Position numbers and translations under genes: made by a program. A stretch of DNA of 22,227 nucleotides from NCBI GenBank assembly GCA_016748015.1, contig JAAOMT010000145.1, positions 1 through 22,227 of the forward strand, written 5' to 3'. The notes beneath the pieces are model-generated. The model ran no database searches and had not been told where the DNA came from. It saw only the letters and a list, made by a program, of their open reading frames with translations. This stretch comes from Geosiphon pyriformis uo1. Taxonomy: Eukaryota; Fungi; Glomeromycota. Every line of letters starts with the position of its first letter. Positions within the stretch are counted from its first letter, which is position 1. Positions 1 through 10,957 of this stretch are shown one piece after another.

Positions 1-3000
1 CTGGTAACCACTTATTTAAATGAATTGATATCAATATTATATGTAATTGAAAATTTGTCTGGCATAAAGTAAATAATACTTTACTTTTACATGTGTAATT
101 CTGGAATTTATGTGTTAAAACATTAAGCTCTGCTTATTCTGAGGTATTGACTGTACCAGTGCTGATGCAAATACAAACTCGTTGGAAAAAAAAATTCCTG
201 AAATACTATCAAATAAGGCTTTAAAAAACCCTCTTCATAATAATTGATTGTCTTTTATCCAAATCATAGAAAACAAAAAAATTAATAAAAATTGTCTATA
301 TGCTCATAATTTAAACCTGTGTGAATTTTGTCTAGAAAGATTCAATAAAAACTTTTCAAGTGGTTGATAAAATAAATAAATAATAACTATTTAAATATTT
401 CATAAAGCTTTAACTATATTAATTAGAGCATTTATTATGTTCATTTCTTAATATGATAAAATATACTTTTATTCTTTCATTAATTTATTAAAAAAGAATA
501 TTTTCTCACATCTAACCTAGAAAAAAAGTTTTCATTTATCTTTAATCAGTGTATCTAAGCATATTTAGCACATTAAAAGTTGCAATTTAATACGGAACCA
601 AATTAAGATATAATAAAGTCGAGTCATTATATTATTTGTGAAGATTGATAAACTTATAGTGAAATTTATTATAGGAATGCTAAGTGTTTTTATAAACTAA
701 TTATGATAAAATAGCTGCAAAAAAGATAAATACCTCCAGGTTTTTCCTATAAGTATAAAGCTTAAAAATTAAAAATTTATGAAAAAATCAGTAATTATTT
801 CTTATACTTGTAAAATATTTTATTTTGACAGCTAAATAAACTATTTAAAGTCAAAATTATTTTAAAAATAGTTTCTAAAATCATGAAAATCTTGGATTAG
901 ATTTTTCTTTAAGTTTGGCTAGTTGATGATTTTACTTCTATTACATGTAATTGGTTCAAGATTATCTTGAATATTTCATCAAAATGAATATTCTCTTTCA
1001 ACTATTAATGCGAGAATATTGATTGTTTAATAGTCAATTAACATTATAAAAAAGATTTTATACTTTTCTAACTACTTCCTTGAATATTTAGCTCTTTTGA
1101 TAATATTTTTGATCAATTAAATAAAGATTCGACTTTTTAATTGATTAGGAAGCCAAAAACCCAATCCCCTATTTCGAATTAGGTTTAATTATTTTGCTTT
1201 TAAATATTTAACAATAAAAAAAACTTTCACTCCAGAAAATTATTTGGCTACAAAATCATCACTAAGAAATATAAAATTTATTAAACCGCTCAAGATTCTT
1301 TTAAATGGCTCTAAATTTAAGTATTATAAAAATAAAAATCAATCTGAAATAAAATTTCTAAAATTCAGGAGAGAATTTTTGTAGCTAAATGAATTGCAAA
1401 ATTTTGTTTAACCTTTAAAAATATAATATTATAGATTTATTAAGCTAATAAATTAAGGACTTCTGTTTTATTATATCTTTAAAAGTTAAAAATTTAGGGA
1501 GATTTTAAGAGTAAATACATATAGCTAGGATGGTATGATTGATTTTGTTGGGAAAAATAATATTCCATTTTTTATTAATTAAAAAATAAATAATTATATT
1601 GTCATACCATTTCCTTTCACTCCGTGGCAAACAAGCATTATTATAAAAAAGTTGTAGAACTCTTAATTATCCAAATCTTAACTGTTGTGCTATTATACGG
1701 TTTTTTTTTCTTTCTGAGTCACTTTTTGACAAAAGTTTTTGGGTATATTTATAGTATAAATTATTTAATAATATAGACAAAATTTTTTATTTGAACAATA
1801 TAAATATGTATTTTTTAGAGTTATTGAAAATAAAATTTGGGGGAATTTAGCTTTTGGTATCTTAAGAATTTTCAAAATTAAAAAATGCCTTATTTTAATG
1901 TGGACTTTGATAAGAATGATCTGGTGACATCAATATTTTAATCCTGATTACTAATAAGGGAAAAAATAAAACTGTTAATAATTTTTAAAAATTTAGTTGT
2001 TCACTTTATCATAATTATTAAATTTATTAATTAATATTAAGGGAAGAAACAATTCATTCTGTTCATGCCTCAAATATTTTACAAAAGCAAGAGTTTCCAA
2101 GAATTTTCGAATTGCATAAAAGTAAAAGCTTACTGAAACGAGTTAAATATGATATTGTATGTTGCTTGAGAGTGTTTATCATAATAATTAGAGAGAAAGT
2201 AGTTAGGTATAAACGTCTATGAAACTTTTTCAAGTTCAACTAGCCTCCATATATCAATTACTAATAAAAAAAGGTTTTGTTTGTTTGGTATTGCTATGTT
2301 TCAGTATCGGATGACATTTGAATTACAAACATCTACTGTTTTAGTTTTCATTAACCTTAAAATTTAGACCTTTCTCAATTGAATCTAAGCAGCGTTCCAC
2401 AAGTGAGTTCCAAGCCTAGTTTTTGCAATATTTAAATCATTCAAACATTTCAAGTAATAAAAACTTTTGAAAGCTATAATTGATAAATTTAAGCTTTCGC
2501 CCTAGTAAAAAATGACTATTTGAAGCTTTTTCAGACAAAATTTATTATTAAGCCTAAATATATTTTTTACTAGGTTGTCATTTATTTTCATCATAATTTC
2601 TTGATATTTTTCATTTTAAATTAAAATTTTACAGGCTTTTTAAAATATCATAAATTCATCAAGTTTATTTTTCAAGTAGATGCTTTTGTTTCATATTGTA
2701 ACAAACATATTTCTAATTTTTTCTTTTTTTCTTAATATGATGGTTGCATCTTCAAATTAAGACTCGGAAAAATACTTTTGTCAAAGTTTTTTTCAACTTT
2801 TTCGTTCTTATGAGCATTTTTATTTTTGTTAAGAATAAAATAAATATATAAGGCGCATAAAACACAAATCAAACTGCTTCTAATTAAAAGATTTCTGAAT
2901 TTGAATATTAATTACAAATTCCCAACAAAAAAATTATCAACATCGCTCATTATTATTCTTAGTTGAATTAAGAAGGAATTCTTTCTATCTAAACTGTTCC

Positions 3001-3060
3001 ACAAAGTATTGATCTAGCTGCTATTATTTTGTTATGATATTTTTTTATTGGATAATAAAT

Positions 3061-4032
3061 TATGCCCAATTTAAAAAATTTAAATAAGTGTGAAAATAAC
3101 AGTCAAATTATTCTTTGAAATTTTTCAAAAAAAACATTTTCTTTATGAACTGCTTCAGAAATTCTTGTTTAAGAGATAAGATTGCCAAAGAATGGCACAT
3201 TACACAAAAGCAGCATATCATACTAAAGAATCTGAAGGCAAAATTTTGAAATTATGAAAAAACCTCAATTCGCACTGATTTTCAGCCGGGTTCACTTTGA
3301 AAAAAGTGCAAAGAAATTCGAAATTGAATTATTTATATATTAAAAGTGAACAATTTTATAATGAGCTCGCAAATTCGGCTATCTAGATTCTTATAAACAA
3401 ATAAAAACTAAATTGGTGAATTTAAAAATTTAAGTGACAAAAAAAAAGAAATAGAGTAGGAGATGCAAAAGGTCCAATAATATTACTGAACATGAGATCA
3501 GTAAGTTTCTAAAAAAAAGCTCTTATTAATTTTATATTTCCAAATTTCAAATCTAAACTTAAATTAATTAATAAATATTTAGTTTCGCTATGTTCCTGGC
3601 TTTAACTTATAAAAAAGATAATCCTGGAGGCTTAATTACTATTGTTACATTTGGTGCATCATGTTCTATTTTGATAAGAAATTCCCCAAATTTATCAAAT
3701 AACAAATTATGCTGATTTTGCACCAAATATTCTAGCTGATAAAGACCATATAGATATTCAAATATTAATTTTTGATTACTCAAATTTTTGATTGTAACAA
3801 TTGCTAAGATAAATGGCCAGAAAAAAAAATCTTTCAAGTTTAGTTTCATTACAGTAAAAAAAATTTGATTGATACTTAAATTGGTTTTTTCTTATTTCAA
3901 GTTACAGAGCAAATTAAGCAAATAATCCAAAAAAACTCTATTTTTTAAAAAACGGCCTTCTTGAATCTTTAGATCAAAAAAATGAAAATTTAAAGGCATA
4001 TTGGTACATATTTTAAGGTAGGAATGACATGA
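3061..4032 (+). pseudogene. Highly decayed class-3 lipase-like (alpha/beta hydrolase) pseudogene, paralog A
   Basis: Manual translation gives motifs in lipase-3 order: MAHYTKAAYH (3192); ITEHEI (3482-3499, = xTGHGI with G>A changes); GTAAGT..AG intron 3501-3582; AMFLALTYKKDNPGGLITIVTFGA; IYQITNYADFAPNIL; YRYSNINF*L; HIGTYFKVGMT* (3997-4032). These parallel the two lipase-like genes at 15-19 kb. Many stops and frameshifts; the 5' boundary is approximate. Confidence 0.7.
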
Positions 4033-4894
4033 TAACATGTGGCAACACACGTCATAATATAAAAATGCTTAGAAAAATAATAATTTATGTTAAAAAATTG
4101 CCACAGGATCAAAACTGAAAAGTAGTTTGAAAATTAATTTTATCATAGAAATATAAAAAAATTATACGTGGATTATAAAATTTTTAATATAACGAATTTA
4201 TTGTTTTGCCATCAAATACTTTTTGAAACAAGAGAGTATTTCGACTCTGAATTCTTGTGAATTAGGATTTTGAATTTATGTTTAATTTCTATATTCTTTA
4301 TTTGTGAATATTACAAATTATATTAAATTACATCATCAATAATATATTTAATCATTAATATATTTAAATATTTAGTAAAAAAATAAAATCAGTTTTAGAT
4401 TATATTTTTGGTTTCAAAAATTTTAATATTCATATATTCATCATTTTTTAATTAATTTGCTACAGCTAATCGCAAAATATTTTGTTTAATTTTTTCAGAA
4501 AAAATTTGTAAAATAATAATAATAAAATTATTATTAATTATAGATAATTTTTGACGATCAACTTTTACAAACAACTATTTCATAAAAAGTTAAAAATAAT
4601 TTAACCTTAGAAATTTTGTATAATAAAATATTAAATAACTTTTATTCGAAAAAAAACATTTTGGAAATTTCTAGATCACATTAACGAGTGTGGCCCAACC
4701 ATTACATATTACAATATAGTAGAAGCTAACTCTAAAATAAGCATAGTTTATGTTATTTCTACCACTTTAACCAGTTAAAACTATATTATGTATTACTAAT
4801 ACCACAAACAACATCAAAGTCATTACCAAAACTAACAAAAAACAAAGAAAAAATTAGATATAAGACTCAAACTTTTATCAAAACTAAAATTTAA

Positions 4895-7800
4895 TAAAAC
4901 ATTCTGGCAGAATTATCTTTATATACAGACATTTAGAAAACACATAAAATAAATTATACATATTAACTACCACATAATTGTTATTTATAATCAAACTTCT
5001 TCTCTTATATTTTACTTTTAACTTAAAATTGGAAACCAGATTTTATCTCTGTAATGAAGTATTAAGTTATATACAAAACAAACAAAATTATAATACGCTT
5101 TCTTAACTAATTCACATTTTATTAGTGATTCTTTAAACCAAATCTTAAAAGCAAAATCGTTTATAACAGCCTTGTAAGCCAATTTATTCAACCAAATATT
5201 ATACAGCATTTGTAAAACTCTTGATTTGACAACAGAAGTTTTAGTTAGAAATATCCAAATATTAATGTACTTTTTAGCAATAAGTTTTTTTAATAACATT
5301 AGAATTATAAACAAAAATATGATCTTAAATTTCTTTTTCTTATATTTAATGCAAAGTTATTTGAATGTTTATAATTATACAACTTTTTATGTAAAGTCTT
5401 TGTAAAATAGCTGTAAAAACTAACAGTTTATTTGCCAAGCAAGCCAGTTTTAAAGTGTCTATTTGAATGCCAAACCATAATTATTTTAATTCAATTTACA
5501 TTTATAGACAAAAATTTTATTAATATATTTAATAGTGTATTCAAACTTTTATAAAGCACAATTAAGATAAAAATTAAATTAAAAAATCAAAGTTTTAACT
5601 AATTTATTAGTAAAAACAAACAAATTAAACAAATTAAAACTATTCAAATCTTTTACAATAGAACCAAAAACAGTTGTATTATAAAATATTTTTATTTGTA
5701 AACCCAAAGATAAAATGTGCTCAAAATACCAAGAAAAAGATTCAGAAAATTCTTATATAAATTTAAATGCTTTAGAATTATTATTTTTTTTTGTTTGATA
5801 TTTTTTATAAGATATTTGTCTTATTTAATTAAAATTGAGTATATATTTTTCAAATTATGTAAAAATATAAAATTGTATGAAAAATTTATAAAAAATTATT
5901 GTAAAAAATATTTATAATAGAACATTTTAGATACTTTTAAAAACTTTGTTATGTATTTTAATTTTGGTTAAAATATTTATTTATAACTACTAAATATATT
6001 TATATATTCAGTATATAAAATGTTAACAAAAACTTGAAAAAATTATTTTATTGTAAAATCATCAAATAAGAATTTTATGAAAATTACATAGTAATATATA
6101 AAAATTTTTCTTTTTGATAATGAATTGAAACAATAGACTAGCATAGTTTTTGGCAAAAATTTTATTTATTAATTATATATTGCAGCATTTATTTTTCTAT
6201 TTATATTCAACAATTTTTTGCAGATTTTTAATAAGATTTAAATCGAATTTATATAACAGTCAGCTATTAATTTTAGATATATTTTCTGTATAAAAATGTT
6301 TTAAATACTTAATTTGTATTTTTAAAATTGTTATTTTGTTGAAACTGTTATTATTCTATCATAATAAAAAGATTTTTTCTAATATTTTGGGGTTAAACAA
6401 ATTGGCTATTTTTTATTAATATTGAATTGCGTTTAAAAACAGCATTTTATTGTTTTATTAAAAAATTAGAGTTTTTTAGTTATTATTAAAATAAATTTGG
6501 TCTATTTAACATGTTTTTTTTTGAATTTGTATAAGCAATTATATTTAGTAAACTTTTTATATCCAAATAATTTGTAATTGTAATTTGTTTTGCTTATTTT
6601 CAAAGTATTAGTAAAAACTTTTTTGAATTGAAATTTGTAATAAAGTAATCAGTTTTTATATCAAACACATTTATAGCTTAATAATTTTAATTTTAAAAAA
6701 TCAGCCAATAACATTTTATAAATTTACCATTAATTATTAAAAAATCTTTTGTAAAATTGCAACAGCTTTTAACAAAACACGAATTTTACATTATATTTAA
6801 AAAGTAGTTGAAAGTTTTATATGGAATAAATACATATTGTTTTTGATTTAATTTTGTATTATTGCTTTTTAAAATAATAAATATTATGAAAAAATTAAAT
6901 AATAATATTTTTATTAAAAATAAAATTGTTAATTGTTTAAAAAATATATTAATTTTGAAAAATTATTTCATTAGATGAATAAATTAAAATAAAAATAAAA
7001 AAAATGATTTAAAACAATTACAAAAATGATAATAATACTAATAATTAAATAATAACCCAAATACTATTGATATTAAAGGAATATTTTATTTATTAATAAA
7101 TCAGTTTTTGTCTTATTTTTTATTTATATTTATTTATTTATTATTAGTTTATCTAAATATGACATGAATAATAAAAAATATTTATATTTTGCTAATATTT
7201 CGGTTAAAATTTACAAAAATTAAAAAAAATTTTAATAAAACAATAATTTAGTATATTTGTATATATTGTTTAAAAAAATATCTTTGTAATGTTTTTGAAA
7301 TTTGATTTTTAATTGTTTATAATAGGTTTAAAAAATTAATTAAATTAAAGTTAAGTAAACAAATAAAAATTACGGAGTTCATTCATAAAAACATTTTATA
7401 CAAATAATAACTTTATATTTAAGTTTTAAAAAAATAAAATTTTTATTTTTGTTTATATTCGTTTATTTACTATATTAAATGTTTTATAAAAACAGTCAGA
7501 TAAGCCAAATAAATTTAACTTAATAGAAAATTGCAGCATTTAATATATAAAAAACAGGAATCTTTTTAATAATATATTGTTTTTGAAAATTGTATAGTTA
7601 AAATAAAAACTTTTTTAATACACAGAATTTTTTATCTCTTGCATTATTTATTTAAATATTGTTTGTTCTTTATAAGTTTTATGTAAAACCAATTACTTTT
7701 AAAGAAAAAATAACATTATTTTTTCTAAATTAATTAACTGTAATTATTTATTCAAAAATTCTATTTGTTTTTAATTATAATCATATTTTTCCAAATTTGC

Positions 7801-8060
7801 ATAAAATCAATTTGTTAACGTTTTTAATACTATTATAAATAAGATTATGTTTTTTTGTTTCTTTAAAGATATTATAATAGTATTCAAATAAATATTTACA
7901 AATTGATTTGAATATTTTCAAAAAATATTATCTATGAGATTCTAATATACTATAAAAACTTTATTAAAAAAAATAAATATCAATTTTTAAAAAGATTTTT
8001 AATCATAATAATGCAAAAATAAGTTTTGTTTATATTGTAAATCTGCTGGACGCACTCTAA
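4895..8060 (-). mobile_element. Extremely AT-rich block, probable heavily deaminated TE fossil (possibly Ty1/copia RT remnant)
   Basis: About 3.1 kb strongly depleted of C/G with no credible ORF. The minus strand at about 6500-6800 gives, in copia order, KYNVKFV (~KYKARxV), KMLLA, VFDIKTDY (~DIKTAFL) and LYKFKKKHVK* (~LYGLKQxxxxW, TAG at the Trp position). Each needs G>A/C>T reversion and frameshifts, so chance is possible. Boundaries are approximate. Confidence 0.3.
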
Positions 8061-8169
8061 GTTTTTATTATAATATTTCATAATTTTACTTAAGAGCACA
8101 AAATTCTTAAACTGCCAAAAATAAACAATTTGGATATAAATGCAGAAAATAACGAATTAGATCCAAATA

Positions 8170-8320
8170 CAGTCAAATCTGAGATAACCCATAACTTGTA
8201 ATAAGCCATAGCATTTTGAATCTACCAATTTGGTAGTTAAAAACTTCCTATGTTTATAACCCATACCTGTGATACCCAATAACCCATAACTTTTCACTGT
8301 CAGTATGAGTTATCTCAGGT
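8170..8320. repeat. Left TIR plus subterminal TAACCCATA-type motifs
   Basis: TIR at 8170-8193. Further TAAGCCATA/TAACCCATA copies at about 8202, 8257 and 8280. An inverted copy TATGAGTTATCTCAGG at about 8304-8319. Confidence 0.85.
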
Positions 8321-8444
8321 GCTAGATTTAGTTTAAATTCTGCTAATTTTGGTAAAATTGCAGTAAAACAAACCAATATTTCCATGACTAAAAATGCTAT
8401 ATGATAATATAACATCACTTATTCAACAGAATAATTATATATCG

Positions 8445-9096
8445 TGTAAGTAATCAAGTCAGAGTTTCGAATTGTCCCAAGTTTTAAATTATCATCAATT
8501 GTGTGAGTAATCAAGTCAGAGTTTTGAATTGTCCCAAGTTTTAAATTATTACTGACCTTGTAAATAATTAAGTCGGAGTTTCAAATTGTTCCAAGTTCTA
8601 AATTACCATCAATTGTATAAGTAATTAAGTCGAAGTTTCAAATTGTCCCTAGTTCTAAATTATCATTGATTGTATGAGTAATCAAGTCGGAGTTTCAAAT
8701 TGTCCCAAATTTTAAATTATTACTAACCTTGTAAGTAATCAAGTCAGAGTTTTGAATTGTTCCAAGTTCTAAATTATCATCAATTTGTATAAGTAATCAA
8801 GTCAGAGTTTTGAATTGTCCCAAGTTTTAAATTATTACTAATCTTGTGAGTAATCAAGTCAGAGTTTCAAATTGTCCCAAGTTCTACAATTATTATCGAT
8901 TGTATAAGTAATTAAGTTGGAGTTTCAAATTGTTCCAAGTTCTAAATTATTATCAATTGTGTGAGTAATCAAATCAGAGTTTCGAATTGTTTCAAACTCT
9001 AAATTATCATTGATTGTATGAGTAATCAAATCAAAGTTTTGAATTGTTTCAAGTTTTAAATTATTATCAATTGTGTGAGTAATCAAGTCGAATTTT
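8445..9096. repeat. 57-bp tandem array (about 11.3 copies) inside the pogo element
   Basis: Units start at 8450, 8507, 8564, 8621, 8678, 8735, 8793, 8850, 8908, 8965, 9022 and 9079 (partial). All are 57 bp except two of 58 bp. Approximate consensus with CpGs restored: GTAATCAAGTCGGAGTTTCGAATTGTCCCAAGTTCTAAATTATCATCGATTGTGTGA. Confidence 0.97.
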
Positions 9097-9157
9097 TGGA
9101 TCAGCTCTAATTGATCAGAGTCTTAATTGTACTTTTTCTTTGCCTTTTAATTCTACC

Positions 9158-10744
9158 ATGTTTAATAGCAAAAAGCATGCTATCTCTTTAGCTTTGCGTT
9201 CTGCAAAGTCGTGAGAATGCTACACTTTATGATATGCTTATGGTGCTTGATTGATATCATGCAAATAATAAAAACCAATCAAAAACTGCAAGGCACTTTA
9301 AGGAAAACAGTTTTCCATACATGAAACAGCCTCTAGTTTTGGCTTGGGTCAAAAATGAACCAAATCTTTGTCTATGAGCAAATAAAATGCGTGACTTGAC
9401 TAGCAAGTATATATGCACAGTATGTAATCCTGACTTTGATAAAGCATTTGTTATTTTTGTTCAAGAGACAGAATCGCATGGAATAATACTTACTGGAGAT
9501 GTAATTCGAGCTGCTGACATAAAGTTCTATGATCAATTGGATATTCCAGAAAATGAGTGCCAAAAAACTATCCAATGGCTGGCTTGAGCTTTAAAGACCA
9601 TGTTGAATTGCATTTACTTCACTTTTATGGTGAGTATCATCAGCCAATGTTGAGCATATTGAAGATAAGTGAGTGTATGTAATAACACTTCTTGCTGATT
9701 AGAAGTTATGTAATATTTTCAACATGGATGAAACTGCACTATTTTATGCCATATTACCAAATTGAGGTCTTGCTACAATACCACGTTATGGCACCAAACA
9801 ATCAAAAGTGCGACTGACACTTGCCTTTACAACCAATGGTGATGGAACTGAGTGTTTGCTACCACTTATCCATGCTGTTTTCAAAAGAAAATAGGAGAGC
9901 AACTTGGTTTCTAGTATTATTCAAACATTCATGCTTAGATGACTGGTGATATTTTTCGACAATGGCTTGTTGATTGGGATTATCAGCTGCATAAAAAAAA
10001 CCAAAACATATTGTTGTTAGTAGACAATTTTGCTAATCACAACTATTTTACAAGATCTATTACAAATATTCATGTAGAACGGTTTGCATCTAACTTGACA
10101 GCATATATTTAGCCTATGTCGACATTTTTTTTATCATGCATTGGATTTTTTTGATGATGGTGCTGATGATATTTATGCAATCAACCAACTTCAAGCAATG
10201 TGTCTAATTTATAGGGCATAAAAAAATGTTTCAAATGAAATAATTGCTTATTGATGGCACAAAGTTGGCATTTTTCCAATTAATACAAATGACAACTTTT
10301 AGAATGAAACTGCAAACTTGGAAATAATAGTCAATTATAATCAAAAGATAGTATTAGAAAAGATTAAGGATTGTTACAAAGAGTTCAATGGTGTACAGCC
10401 AAATCATACATACTTATCAATTGAAAAGTTTGGTAAATCTATCTGAAGTAAACAATACAATTACTTTGGAACATCTAAATGATGATGAGATTGCAAATTA
10501 TATTATAACAAATCGTAAAACAAAGCATGATAGCTCTAATAAAAAACAAGAGGTACAGAAAATAATGACTATTAAGGATGCACTAACTGCTATTACAAAT
10601 CTTGAACAGTTTATGGAGCTTAAAAATAGCAAGGAATTTTATGATGCAGTTAGTAAGCTTGCTTATGTTAAATGTATACTTCATAAGAGAATACAAGATA
10701 AACAAAAACAAACAACTTTTACAAGTTTCTTTAATATTGCATGA
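9158..10744 (+). pseudogene. pogo/CENP-B-like DDE_1 transposase pseudogene
   Basis: N-terminal HTH-like region (LD*YHANNKNQSKTARHF..KQPLVLAWVKNE). Tc5-HTH-like ILTGDVIR..LSNGWLE. First Asp in IFNMDETALFY (9727), then KVRLTLAFTTNGDGTE and A*MTGDIFRQWL. Second Asp in ILLLVDNFANH (10023). NLTAYI*PM (to 10118) is followed by an apparent deletion of the third Asp. C-terminal KQTTFTSFF. Multiple stops and frameshifts; track ORFs 9387-9587 and 10388-10744 are pieces of it. Confidence 0.93.
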
Positions 10745-10837
10745 ACTATTTAAAGATTTTTATAAGAATATGCAAATAAATTTATTTTTTAATAATATTA
10801 TATCTATTTTTATTATATGTATACTATATATACTTAA

Positions 10838-10916
10838 ACCTGAGAAAACCCATAACCTTTAATAACCCATAGCAATTTGTATCCACCAAGGGTATGGGTT
10901 ATCTCAGGTTTGACTG
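10838..10916. repeat. Right subterminal repeat and right TIR
   Basis: About 10839-10889 (CCTGAGAAAACCCATAACCTTTAATAACCCATAGCAATTTGTATCCACCAA) is a direct degenerate copy of about 8178-8228. It is followed by the inverted TIR at 10893-10916. Confidence 0.9.
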
Positions 10917-10957
10917 TATATGCATTTTAACTTTTAACTTTTTTATAATTAAATTAG

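Larger units (their letters stand above)
8170..10916 (+). mobile_element. pogo/Tigger-family (Tc1-mariner superfamily) DNA transposon, full length, non-functional
   Basis: TIRs CAGTCAAATCTGAGATAACCCATA (8170-8193) and the reverse complement of TATGGGTTATCTCAGGTTTGACTG (10893-10916) match at 23/24. TA flanks both ends (8168-8169, 10917-10918). CAGT termini and an internal DDE_1 transposase relic. Length 2747 bp. Confidence 0.95.

Noticed and set aside
1530-2480. Possible gene relic (FVGKNNIPF..HTISF resembling MetRS; about 60-codon open stretch from about 2043)
   Set aside because: The motif is interrupted without canonical splice sites and no further supporting motifs were found, so it cannot be assigned.
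3607-5917. Track ORFs 3607-3849 (-), 5018-5314 (-) and 5717-5917 (+) as real genes
   Set aside because: The first is antisense to lipase relic A. The others have the F/I/K/L/Y composition expected from AT-rich low-complexity DNA.
4895-8060. PIF/Harbinger-like TIR pair (TCTGCTGGACGCACTC+TAA at 8042-8060 versus AACATTCTGGCAGA near 4898-4911)
   Set aside because: The right end looks Harbinger-like, but the left partner needs several substitutions and indels. No convincing DDE_Tnp_4 motif spacing was found between them.
8445-9096. CRISPR-like repeat-spacer array
   Set aside because: There are no unique spacers. The variable 16 nt are two related variants differing mostly by transitions, the context is eukaryotic, and no cas gene is present.
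8450-9096. CENP-B box within the 57-bp unit
   Set aside because: TTCG is present on both strands, but the required nTTCGnnnnAnnCGGGn pattern is not.
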